This document shows, piece by piece, positions 10,990 to 22,389 of a DNA stretch of 36,273 nt. The position numbers and the translations under genes are program-made. The stretch is from Macrostomum lignano (taxonomy: Eukaryota). The stretch lies in the NCBI GenBank assembly GCA_002269645.1, contig NIVC01004747.1, positions 1 to 36,273 of the forward strand, in the 5' to 3' direction. The notes under the pieces are model-generated. The model searched no databases. It was not told where the DNA came from and saw nothing but the letters and a program-made list of their open reading frames with translations. Every line of letters begins with the position of its first letter. The first letter of the stretch is position 1.

Positions 10990-11336
10990 CCCAGCGGGAT
11001 TTAATCCGGTATTTGATCCAGTTAGATCCGTCTCAAACAGTGGAGAAACGAGTGGAAGAAATACTAGATTAATTTCCAGACGAAAAAAACTACTCTTGTC
11101 CAGGGGTCATCCGAATTATGCTCCGGGTTTTGTCCAATTTTTGTTAGAAAATCGACCGGATAAATTTCCAGGTGAAAAACTGGACAAAAGACGTTTGCAA
11201 AAAACTTTTTATCCGGTTTTGGTCCGGAGGATCCTCCGAATTTTGATCTGGACTGTACAACCAGATAAAATCCGGATGAAATTTAGCTTGATCCGGAAAA
11301 ACCGCTAAAACCGGACAATTCCGGACCAAAACTGGG
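10990..11336. repeat. CCGG-rich segment with an internal inverted repeat; possible MITE remnant
   Basis: About 9 CCGG words. CCGGTTTTGGTCCGGA (~11213) is inverted to TCCGGACCAAAACTGG (~11321), 15/16. No TSD found. Confidence 0.35.
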
Positions 11337-12678
11337 TGTTTGGGCCAGGCGGGGAAGGCCTGCTATTTATTTGGTAATGTGCAAATAACGATTTGCCTAT
11401 ATCTATACACCAAGACAAACCAAGCATTTAGTAAGGCCAAGGGTAGGCCTACTTGCCATTTTAGCATATATATGAGGTCTTATACTTTTTCCCTCACCAG
11501 ACCTAGCATATGCTAATACATGATCCAAATCCAAACTATATAAAGGGAGCAATGTGTTTTAATAGCTTGGGAGATATCCAAAAATGCTAAAATTAGCTTT
11601 TTATATAGAGAAGTATGAAAACAATATCTAGTAAAATGTAGAATCTGTAGCAGAAACAGAAAAGAATAGCACAACAACATGCATAGGCCTAATCCACAGT
11701 AGAATGGTAAATTGCAGAATCAACTGCAAAATCTACTAGCTTGAAATAAAATACAAATAGCAAATTATATAAATATAGGAATCAAAATTTATCATTTTAA
11801 AGCTTTAAAGCTTTAGAGCATTTTAAAGCTATGTCTATAGCAGTGTAACCATATGAAAAGATATATAGACCTAAGAAATTTTAGTATGATTCTATATAAG
11901 ACAAACTGAACTAGAAATAGCAATATCTATTAGGCCTAGGTCTACTCAAAATAGTAAATATAGGTTCTCTTGTGAATAATAATATGGCTAATACTGAAGT
12001 GTTAAATTTTAAAGGCTTTATAGTTATAAGATGTGGAAAATGTGGAATTGGAATGGAATAGCTCAGTAAAAAGCAGAATCTATAGCAAAATGGTAAAATG
12101 CAGAATGAACTATGGATTCCACTAACTTTAAGTAAAATGCGAATGCAGGGTAGCTAAAGTGCAGTATGAATTAGGCCTATATATATAATCTTAGGCAATG
12201 CTTATCCCTAAGGTACCGTAGGAATAATTTCTGTCTTATTCCAATGGTACTGTGGGAATAATTTTCTGCTTATTGACATAGCACACTGATGACTTGCTGC
12301 TCCTTTCTTCTATATATATGCCTCACAGAATAATTTAGTTTGTAATTTCTGTAATTTCTGTCTTATTCCAATGGTACTATGGGATTAATTTTCTGCTTAT
12401 CCATATAGCACACTAATGAGTTGCTGCTCCTATCTTCTATACATAGGTTCTTGGACACTTCGTCATCTAACAACTTTATCATCTTGATGACGAAGTGACC
12501 ATGGTTTTTGGGTGCTTTGTCATATCAAATTTTTTTAGTAAATCTAGATGACGAAGTGACTAAATTTTGAGGACACTTTGTCATCCCAAGATTTAGCAAT
12601 GCTATAAATTGATATTTGATTGTTATTGTTATAAATTGTTACTCAATCAATTTAGTCTATAAAATATAGGATTGAATA

Positions 12679-13985
12679 TGAGGGGCATTCAATAAGTTTC
12701 TGGACCATAAGAGCCAGCGTACTCTAGGCTGCTCAAAATGTACTCACATGAAAAATGTACATCTCCTGAGATTTGACATAAAATATAAAGGGTACACAAT
12801 AAACCTGAATCTCACAACTTCACTTCAAATTCACCTATCACCTCCAACTTCAAGTATCTATTATGGAACTATCATGCATCCACTGGAGAGTGATGATTTT
12901 TTACAATTACAAATGTGGTCTGAACCAGTCCCAAAGCTTAGAACAGCTTTGCCTAGCCTTTGGGATACTGCACCCTTGAGAACAACCATCTTTGACTAGT
13001 TTGCGGAATTTTGTCGGGGCCAAGTATTGCTCAAAGACGAGGCTCGCGAAGGACGACCTCCCGAGTTTGACCATTCAGGAAGCAGTGGCTGCAGTGCAGG
13101 CCCTGGTTGAGGAAGACCTGCAATTGATAGTGCAACAGCTAGCCACTGCTGTGGGCATTTCATTGGGAAGCACCTCAACCATCCTACATGAAAGGCTTGG
13201 CCTCAGCAAGGTGTCCGCATGCTAGATGCCTCATCACCTGACCCAAGAGCAAAAACAGGCCCGGATCGATTGGTGCCATTTAATGCTCAAAACATTCGAC
13301 GATGGAAGATCAACAAGCTCCTGGGACATCATCAGTGGTGATGAAACCTAGGTGTACTGTTTTGACCCGGAGAGCAAGTAGCAGTCGGCCCAGTGGACCC
13401 CCATTGGCAGCCCGCCACCTTCAAAGCTGGTGCCGTCGCGAAGCGTCGCCAAGTAGATGGTGGCTGTTTTTGTGGCTTGCAGTGGTCCCATAGCCATGAT
13501 TCCGCTGGTAACACAGCGGATAGTGACTGCAGGCTATTATGTAACTGATTGTATGCCCCAGGTGCTGCAATCCATCACTGAGAAGCACCCAAGGACTCGC
13601 CATCGCGGGTTGCTACTCCATTAGGACAACACCCTGGCTCACACTGCAACTAACTGTGGAGTTCATGGAGCAGAATCGCGTCCAACTGCTTCAGCACCCA
13701 CCCTACAGCCCCAACTTAGCACTATGTGACTTCTTTGTGTTCCCACAATTCAAGCGCCTGCTTAAGGGAGTCCAATTTGCATTGCCAGAACAGGCTGTCG
13801 AGGCCTTCCAAAGTCACCTATTTGACATCCCTCAGTCAGAGTGGGCTGGCTGCTTTGCTACTTGGTTTGAAAGGATGAGAAAGTGCAATGAAGCTGCTAG
13901 AGAATACTTCAAAAAGGCCTGACATTTATCTTCCCTCTGACGCTTTTCATTTCTGTGCATCCAGAAACTTATTGAACGCCCCTCA
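12679..13985 (+). mobile_element. Full-length (1307 bp) Tc1/mariner element, inactive
   Basis: 26-nt TIRs TGAGGGGC(A/G)TTCAATAAGTTTCTGGA (25/26), TA TSD on both sides, degenerate DD34D transposase inside. Confidence 0.95.
12900..13922 (+). pseudogene. Mariner transposase pseudogene
   Basis: Motifs EGRP, (W)MPHHLT, SGDET(W), H(Q)DN and HPPYSPNLALCDF. Six in-frame TAG stops and about three frameshifts. Confidence 0.92.
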
Positions 13986-15121
13986 TACACACTTAGAGAT
14001 TCAACTTGTCGCTATAATTGGCATTCAATGTACACAATATATATGTAGTTTGCATATGCATGCTTCAATGTACAAGTACATAAATGTAGATACTAATGCT
14101 CATTTTAATTTTACTTTATGTTTAACCTTGCCAAGCTCTAATAATTATTTTTGCTTCCTTGCTAAAGCCTAAAATTGGCATTATCACTTCTATAACCCAG
14201 GGGAGGCAACAAAGTATATGGCCATGGATTTCTCCTTGCTCTACCTGCAGGGACTTAACCAACCGTTGAATCATAACCCCATACAATCTAAGCTAGAGCC
14301 GCCAGCCGTCCAGCCGCAAGCCATCCAGTAGCAGGTAGAGCTGGTTGCAAAGCTTATCCTAGCTAAATTGTACACTATTGACGCAGGCCCCTTTGAAGAG
14401 CCACAATGGCTGCAAGAGTGTGAGCTCAACCTGCTAAGGCCTGAGCCCTATCAGTTTCTGACCGAGCTTCAAGGAGAGATGTTTCACCGCATTACAAGTG
14501 CCACAAATGGAGTTGCTGCACAAGGAAGCCAAGCTTGTGCCAGTTTAAGCCTCCCTGGTACGTGAGCAAGGAGCCCAAGAGTGTTAGTGCAAGTTGTGTT
14601 ACTAGCAGCTGCAGGAGTCTGCAGAGTGCAACTGGGCTAAATATTGAGCTGGTGAACTCTCCTTTCACAGCTTCCTGCTTAGCTGCTTTCACCTAGGTCA
14701 CATCCTTGGTTTGGCGGTCAAGTACAAAGCCATCAGTGAGTATATATTAAATGTATGTAAGTTCTTGCTTGATTTTAAAAATCAGCCATGGAATTATTCT
14801 GTTTAGAAAAAATCATACTTGCAATTGTGCAACTTTGAAATTTTACTTAGCTACATTTTTTGCTTAATACTAGCTGGTACTATTAATTCTGCAGTAATTT
14901 AAATGTATAGGTATTAATGCTATTCTCTTTGTGCTTTGTGAACTTTGTGATTTTTGTGCCTACATATAGCTACAAATTACAGTATTAAATGACTATCTTT
15001 ATGGGTCGTAACTCTGCCATTGTCTGATCCCAAGCCCAGAATGTGAAAGGAGGAAGGCGCCTAAATTTAGATACATATACATGTATAATGTTTAGTCTTT
15101 ATCTTTATATAGTTATATAGT

Positions 15122-15418
15122 CATACAAGCGCAACCTCCAAAATTTGGTCAGCCATGCAACTTAGTTTTAACAAAAAATGCGACGTAGTTTTTGGCCAAA
15201 AATGTGACTTACCTGTGAAAAAACCCTATAGCAAAATTAACGCAACTTTGGGTAAACGGCAGGAGTAACTATGACTGTCTTTTAAAGGGTTAAATGCCTT
15301 GTCATCTAATTTGTACTACGTCTGTAATCTTTGGGTGGGCATTTTTGCAACTTACCTTGGTTGGCTGCCAAATCGATCAACCGGATTGGCCAACTCAGCT
15401 GACTGTTGCGCATGTATG
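15122..15418 (+). mobile_element. MITE copy 1 (297 bp), 14-nt TIR CATAC(A)TGCGCAAC, 8-bp TSD; P- or hAT-type
   Basis: Perfect TSD TATATAGT at 15114-15121 and 15419-15426. Collinear with the copies at 16762 and 23540. Confidence 0.92.
15250..15311 (+). other. 28S rRNA-derived fragment inside MITE copy 1 (not an rRNA gene)
   Basis: GGGTAAACGGCAGGAGTAACTATGACTGTCTT matches the canonical eukaryotic 28S GGGTAAACGGCGGGAGTAACTATGACTCTCTT at 30/32; then AAATGCCTTGTCATCTAATT vs AAATGCCTCGTCATCTAATT. Confidence 0.88.
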
Positions 15419-15498
15419 TATATAGTTATGTAGTTGCATGTACCAGTATTCATGTTACATATAGCAAAGTTTTTTATACAAAAAGTGGATAACAAAGT

Positions 15499-16199
15499 GG
15501 GTCCATGAGAATTACCCACAGACAAATTGCCTGCCGAGATTTGCCCGCAGGAGATTTGCCAGTAGAGATTTGCCCACCAAGCTTTTCCCGTGGAGATTTG
15601 CCTGCAGTGCATTTTGCCTGTGAGCAAATTGCCCATGGAGATTTGCCTGCCAAGATTTACCCGCAGTGCAATTTGCCTGCAAGTGAATTGCCCGCAAGCG
15701 AATTGCCCGCCGAGTTTTTTCCCGCCGAGGTTTGCCCGCAATGCTTTTTTTCTGCAGCGCATTTAGCAACGCAGCAGATTTTGTCTGCATTGCCTTTCCA
15801 ATGCTTAGTACGTGTTAATCTCAATAGAGATTTACACGATCAAAACGTTTTGATAGTAACTATATATCAAATGCATATTTTTTTTGGAGGGAGGGGGCAA
15901 TGTAGACAGAATCTAGCTGCCAAATGTGCTGCAGGAAAAAAGCATTGAGGGCAAACCTTGGCGGGAAAAAACTTGGCGGGCAACTTGCTTGTGGGCAAAT
16001 TGCACTGCGGGCAAATCTTGGCAGACAATTCTCGGCGGGCAAATCTCCACGGGCAATTTGCTCACGGGCAAAATGCACTACGGGCAAATCTCCGCAGGAA
16101 AAGCTTGGCAGGCAAATCTCCATGGGCAAATCTCGGCAGGCAAATCTCCATGGGCAAATCTCGGCAGACAATTCATCTGTGGACATTTCTTGTGCTCCC
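15499..16199. mobile_element. Foldback / Mutator-like element (701 bp) with ~290-nt TIRs built from ~15-nt subrepeats
   Basis: GGG...CCC termini; perfect 9-bp TSD TAACAAAGT at 15490-15498 and 16200-16208. GAGATTTGCCCG-type units on the left are mirrored by GGGCAAATCTC on the right. Confidence 0.88.
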
Positions 16200-16761
16200 T
16201 AACAAAGTGTCTAGGGAGTAGATGATAAAGTGTCCACATTAGTTTTATGGATAACAAAGCAGTAAGATGACAGTGTCCAATAATAAGAGTGGATAATGAA
16301 GTGGTTAGATGACAAAGTGTCTAGGAACCTTATATATATACCTCACAGAATAATTTAGTTTATTACTTATGATTTGAGTACAGTAGGCCTATAACAAAAT
16401 AACTTTGTTTGATATTTTGTATTTATAGGCTTTTTATTTTGACGAACTTTTAGGAGCTTTAAAATCTTAGGAGAAGAAGGATTTATAGGAGCAACTATCT
16501 TGTCAGTGTGTCATGCAGATAAGAAGAAAATTATTCCCATGGCATATAAAGAAGATAAGAGCAGCTGTTTTGTCAGTGTGCCATGCAGATAAGCAGAAAA
16601 TTATTCCCTTATCTGATCTGCATAATACTGTTGGAATAAGACAAAAATTATTCCTATGGTACTATAGGGATAAGCACAGCCTAAGATTATATATCTTTAG
16701 GGTATCTATGCGAAATTCAATATCAATTTCCAGGTTTTTCCAGGTTAAAATAAGTAAAGCT

Positions 16762-17060
16762 CATACATGCGCAACCTCCAAAATTCGGTCGGCCGTGCGA
16801 CTTAGTTTTAACAAAAATGCGACATAGTTTTTGGCCAGAAATGCGACTTACATGTAAAAAAAACCCTAAAGCAAAATTAACGCAACTTTGGGTAAACGGC
16901 AGGAGTAACTATGACTGTCTTATTAACCCAAAATGCCTCGTCAGCTACTTAGTACTACTACTTAGGTATTTTTTTGGGTGGGCATTTTTGCGACTTCCTT
17001 GGTTGGTCACCAAATCAGTCGGCCGGATCGGCCGACTCGGCCGACTGTTGCGCATGTATG
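16762..17060 (+). mobile_element. MITE copy 2 (299 bp)
   Basis: Perfect 14-nt TIR CATACATGCGCAAC; perfect 8-bp TSD GTAAAGCT. Confidence 0.94.
16890..16953 (+). other. 28S rRNA-derived fragment inside MITE copy 2
   Basis: GGGTAAACGGCAGGAGTAACTATGACTGTCTT-attaaccca-AAATGCCTCGTCAGCTACTTAGT. Confidence 0.88.
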
Positions 17061-19747
17061 GTAAAGCTCCAGGTTGTTACCTGGTGGAGCTTTATAAAAT
17101 GAAATATATGTATGCAGCAATGTTTCTTGATTTAATGTTTCCTACTACGAACTATATATTATATATTTCATAGATTATTTAGATTAGGCCCTATTTATTT
17201 CTTGTATTATACTAACTGAAGAACAAAATTAAAAGTATAAAATAAAAGACTTTTGCTATAAATATACTACTTAATAAGAATATAACGATACAGGAGAGAT
17301 TGTATTTGTAACATACTGACATGGTAGGCCTAGCAACATTTTTTAATACCAATGTTTCTATCCCATCATATAGCATTATGGCATGCATTACTAAATTATA
17401 GTATATTTCCAGTTTCACATTACACAGATCATGGGAAGAATGATAATTCCAGGTTTCCCCTCCCAAATTGGTCCATTTCCAGGTTTTTTCTTTTGTTTTG
17501 GGGCGTTTCCAGGTTTTCCCAGTTTTTTGAATTTTAAGTTGCGGACACCCTGTTAATATATTATATTATAGGGTCTAGGCCTCTAGCCTAGGCTTTTATA
17601 TTAGAATTTTATTTTACTTCAGGTCTTGAAGTTGAGGCGACTAATCAAGCCTTCACAGAATCACAAAAAATCCTAACTTGAACAAAATTCGAGCGTGATC
17701 AGCGTGATCGAGCGTCACGTTTTGACTATTCGATTTAAAATCAATAATCTGAATGTTTTGAAATTCTGCGCTTTTGTTGTTAAAGCTTAGACTTCTAAAG
17801 ACCTTTTTATTTAAGACTATGCACCTTGTGAGTCTTATATTTTTTTACTGAAGCTTGACTGTATTTTGACAGAATTTGACAGAATTTTTTCAGACATTTT
17901 GTTATTTCTGACATTTTTTCAAACTGTAAAAACCAGCGCCAAGCATTGAATAAATTAAGCTGACTGACGCTCATCTGACAGTGAGTAATGGTGGGCCTTC
18001 CTTGTCTCCTCACCGATCTATTTTAAGAATGGAGTTAGGCTTATTCTGTATTCTGCTTGGCTGTTGTGTTACAATTACATAGTTTTAATTCTGCTGTTCA
18101 GGTTGTGTCAAAACTATCAATGTCGTTTTGACTCGTTTCTTTGCATTTCTTTGCATTTTTGGATTTCATAGTTTTAGGCCTAACTGCGAAGCCAAAAACT
18201 TTAACATTTTTACTTTTACTTAAGAAAAAATTGATTTGGAAATGGAAATTGGTCAAACATCAAATAAGCCTAGGGTCTATTAAAAAACAATGTTTTTTAA
18301 TTCTTTCAATGGGCCATTGTTAAATATTGAATTTTAAACTTTAAAGGCTTAATACAATAATATGTTAGGCCTAGGTCTACTATTGTACTAAGGTCTAGCC
18401 TAGTCTAACTTCTAAATTTGTTTCTTTTAAGTTTTTGTCATTAAATTTTGTGTACCTACCTTTTTATATAATATATTTTTATTGCGATTGTGTTATTGTT
18501 AGTAATTAGTTAGTAGGAGGGGCCTAGGCTAAAAAAATAAAGTAAAAAATTTTAACTTTTGATTTTTTATTCTACGCCCCTATCTAAAAGTAAAAATCAT
18601 CTTTGATTTTAATTAAAAATCTATTTGGATCTATTTCTATTTAGCATAGGCCCTGGTTTAAAAAAAATTGCTGATTATAAGCCTAGGCCCTAAAATTATA
18701 AAATGTGATTTGCAAATAAATTTTGTCTTGTCTTTTTGTATGCTAATAGAATAATGAACTAATCTTAAACTATTTGAATTTTTTTAATTTTGAATTTAGG
18801 AAGTCTTTTATCTTTGGTAAACCTATTATAACATTTTGAAATTAATAGTTGCTATTGAAGAAAAAGGTTTCTAAAATGGAAAATTTTTATAGACACATTT
18901 TTATTTGTTGCTATAATATATTATATTGTCATAGTTATATTGATAAAACAATTATATTATAAGCCTAATCAAATATAAAAACAGAATTCAAAATAAATCA
19001 AATGATAGTATTTTAAAATATGAATAATTAATTCACATATTTTGACATTAATTAAATGTTTTCTAAATAAGATTCTTAAGAACATTAAAAAGTATATAAA
19101 GTATACTAAATTAATTTTTGCTTATATATTATTCACTATTACTAGAGCCATTTCTATATGGCGAAATCCAAAAACGTGGGATAAAACGGTAAAACAAATC
19201 TGCGGACATTCAATGGAAAGTAGTGTATCTAAAAAAGGTTTTTGAAAGATAGATAGGTCTTTAGAAAATAGTTCTGGATAAAAACTATTGTTTTCATGTT
19301 TTATATTATTGAATAAATAAGAAAAAACCACAAAAAAGCATTTTGAAAGTCTGAGTTGACCGATTTGCAATTTTTTGTTTCACTTTTTTTCATTATTAAA
19401 CAATTAATTTTAAGACTTGTAGGCCTTAGAGAAGGCTAATTTTTTTACTACTTACAAAACAGAAAGTAATCTGTGTTTTATTTTTTATTCTATTCAAAAA
19501 GATTAAGTATTTCTAAGGATTTCAAAGTTTTTCTAAAACCATATAAACTTGCGAAACTTCATACTAATATAAAGTGCAAAGTTTGCCAGCAAACATCTTT
19601 TTCTAAAAGTAAATATATCGCTAATTCCTCGTTGCAAAATAATCTTTAAGTTGTTTTCTTTCATTTAAATATCAACTTGCATAGTATTAGTATTTGTAAT
19701 ATGCCTATATTTAGACTTAAAAATTTTGGGTAAAAAATGGTACCACA

Positions 19748-20280
19748 CAATGTGAACCCGGCATCCAAATCAGATGCTTACTGTATGCTCATTAAGCGAC
19801 GAAGAACAATGAAATTACACTAAAACATGTATCATTGCGGCGTGTATGCAGGAAAAAAGGAATTTTTCAAATCGTTTTAGTAGAAGCTGAGTAAAATGCA
19901 ATTTTCTAATCCTTATGGGAATTCCAATGTGTTACCCGGCTTCCAAATCAGATGCTTACTGTATGCTCATTAAGCAACGAAGAACAATGAAATTACACTA
20001 AAACATATATCATCGCGGCATGTATGCAGGAAAAAAAGAATTTTCCAAATCGTTTTAGTAGAAGCTGAGTAAAATGCAATTTTACAATCCTTATGAGAAT
20101 TCCCATGTGTTACCCGGCTTCCAAATCAGATGCTTACTGTATGCTCATTAAGCGACGAAGAACAATGAAATTACACTAAAACATGTATCATTGCGGTGTG
20201 TATGCAGGAAAAAAAGAATTTTCCAAATCGTTTTAGTAGAAGCTGAGTAAAATGCAATTTTCCGATTCTTACGGGAATTT
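19748..20280. repeat. Three tandem copies of a 177-178-nt unit
   Basis: Units start at 19748, 19925 and 20103 and are highly similar (CCAAATCAGATGCTTACTGTATGCTCATTAAGC...). Confidence 0.93.
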
Positions 20281-20955
20281 GTATGTTTAAATAATAAACT
20301 TACGTTGAATACAATTTATTGCAAACAAACTCTACAAAATACACGTTGTCAAGAGTAACGAAAGTGATAAACAAATAAACCCTTGAATATAATGTTAAAT
20401 ATGTTGTAGAATTATAGAGTGTAACATTATAAGATAGTTAAAGTTAATAAAATACATTATTATAGCTTTTCTATCATTTTCATTAGACTCATTTTAGGTC
20501 GTAATTAAACTTACCGTTTTAACAAATCATTTTATTAAAAATAAAGCTATACAAAAATAATTTGTGCTTTAATAGACTTTTTTACCTTTTAAAAACTTGA
20601 ATAAATTTATTTTATAGCTTTATTGCTTTCAAATTGCCAAAAAACGAATTTTCATAAAACTTGCCCCCGATTTTTGGATTTCACCATATATAGTATACTA
20701 TATTAGAAAAATGGCATTTTTCTTTTAGTTTCATGTTGGACATGTTGCCATTTGTTTATAATTCTATGTATATCTTTGGGTTTTAATTATCATAATTACA
20801 AATTTATCTAAGCAAAAGTCTAAATATTAATATCATAGGGCTTCTTATATTCTTATGATACATACATGCGCAACTTCTGAAATTACGCTGGCTGTGTGAC
20901 TTAGTTTTTGATAAAAAATGCAACTTACCTATGAAAGAGCCAAGCAAAAACTTTA

Positions 20956-21027
20956 GGTAAACGGCAGGAGTAACTATGACCATATTTTTAAAGCTAAATG
21001 CCTCGCCAGCTAATTAGTGCTGCGTGC
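20956..21027 (+). other. 28S rRNA-derived fragment inside the long copy
   Basis: GGTAAACGGCAGGAGTAACTATGAC-catattttta aagct-AAATGCCTCGCCAGCTAATTAGTG. Confidence 0.85.
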
Positions 21028-21445
21028 AGATTCCGCGTTTTTATAACAGCTAATCAGTATGTCATCTAGTGGCGGCATGAAGCAATTAGTAAATTGTCAG
21101 TACAGTGTAGTGAGCACACTACAAAAGTCATGATTCATGAATGTCCAGAAGTAAGTGAAGTAAATACAGTGTGACCTATAGCTCAAGAACGATTTGCTAG
21201 ACGATTTGGCATTGAAGATGAGAGCCCTGATTCAGATGGCTCATCAGATGCGGAATACGAATCCAGTAGAGATACAAGCTGTGAAAACCCACAGATTTTT
21301 AAACCACTGAATTCTAATTCCCGGAACTATTTTTGCATAGATTCTAAATTTGAAGTCATGCTCAAACAAAAACTTGTTAACAGTTAGGAAAAAGGCAAAG
21401 ATGGGAGTAATGCATGTTAAACTAAGATTTGAGGCCTTTGCAAAT

Positions 21446-22115
21446 TCTCTCCATTCCTCAATCTTCTCATCCTCTTTCTTTTCTCTCTCATCCCTTATCC
21501 CTTCTCTCTTTCCTCTCCTCTCTCCTCTCCTCTCTTTCCTCTCCTCTCCTATCTCTTCTGTCTCCTCTACATTCTTATCTCTCCTCTTGTCTCTCTCCAT
21601 TCCACTCTACTCTCTCATCTTATCTTCCCTCTCGTCTCTCTCCACTCTACTCTCTCATCTTATCTCTCCTCTCTTTTCTACTCTCTCATCTCTCCTCTCT
21701 TCACTCTCCTCTCATCTCCTCTATCCTCTCTTCTCTCATCTACTCTCTCCTCTTTCTTCTTTCCTCTCTTCTGATCTCATCCATCATCTTTTCTTTCCTC
21801 TTTCCTCTCATCTCCTCTTCTCTCTCATCTCTTTTTCCTCCCTCAGCTTTTCTCTCCTCTTCTATCTTTTCTACCATCGCATCACTCGCCTCTCCTCGTT
21901 TGCTTATCTCTAATCTTCTATTCCCTCTACTTTGAAGTAAGAAAATATGCACATATTTTTGTTGAAGATAAGAGGAGAGAAGAGGGCATTGAGGAGAAAG
22001 GGTAGAGAGAAAAGGGGAGAAGAGAGGAGAGTAAAAATGAGAGGAGAGAGAAGAGGGAAAAGGGGGGAGAGAGAGAAGAGGGGAGGCAAGGTAGAGAAGA
22101 AGAGAGAGATGAGAG
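21446..22115. repeat. CT-rich low-complexity tract followed by a GA-rich tract (opposite polarity)
   Basis: Polypyrimidine ~21446-21935, polypurine ~21968-22115. Confidence 0.85.
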
Positions 22116-22389
22116 TTGAAGAGACACCAACCTTGCTACAAGTAGTTAGTAAGTTAGGAAGTTTCAAAGAACCCAAGGGGCGAGGGCCAGATAGAGGGGC
22201 TTCGCGAGCCGGAGTTTGCCAACCCCTGCTCCAGAGTTTAAGAAATCAATGGGAAACTGTTGACGCGGGCTTCTGATTTCAAAGATCTTGTCTGTTGTTG
22301 AAGGCTTCTATTCTGTTTTTGCTCTCCTGCCACACTTGCACCTACTACCCCCTGATTGCCTCTGATTGTGACTTACTTCCCTCTTATTG

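Larger units (their letters stand above)
12442..16330. mobile_element. TIR element A (CATAGGTTC...GAACCT) with GATGACRAAGTG subterminal repeats
   Basis: Left AGGTTCTTGGACACTTCGTCATCTAACAACTT vs right-end reverse complement AGGTTCCTAGACACTTTGTCATCTAACCACTT. An uninterrupted copy of the target site is present at 12296-12340. Confidence 0.72.
12188..16687. mobile_element. Outer non-autonomous TIR element B (termini ATCTTAGG...CCTAAGAT) in a TA tract; host of nested insertions
   Basis: 12181-12310 is the reverse complement of ~16490-16694 (e.g. ATATATAATCTTAGG vs CCTAAGATTATATAT, 15/15; TTATCCC..GGAATAATTT.TGTCTTATTCCAA). Flanked by TA. Confidence 0.7.
16698..17552. mobile_element. Possible hAT-like non-autonomous element with TTCCAGGTTT subrepeats (hosts MITE copy 2)
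   Basis: Ends TAGGGTATC... and ...GGACACCCTG; TTCCAGGTTT repeats near both ends. No matching TSD found. Confidence 0.33.

Noticed and set aside
15352-16225. ORFs across the foldback arms
   Set aside because: Mirror-image translations of 15-nt subrepeats; no transposase motifs.
21244-22276. Ser/Leu-rich and Glu/Arg-rich ORFs
   Set aside because: Translations of CT/GA low-complexity sequence.
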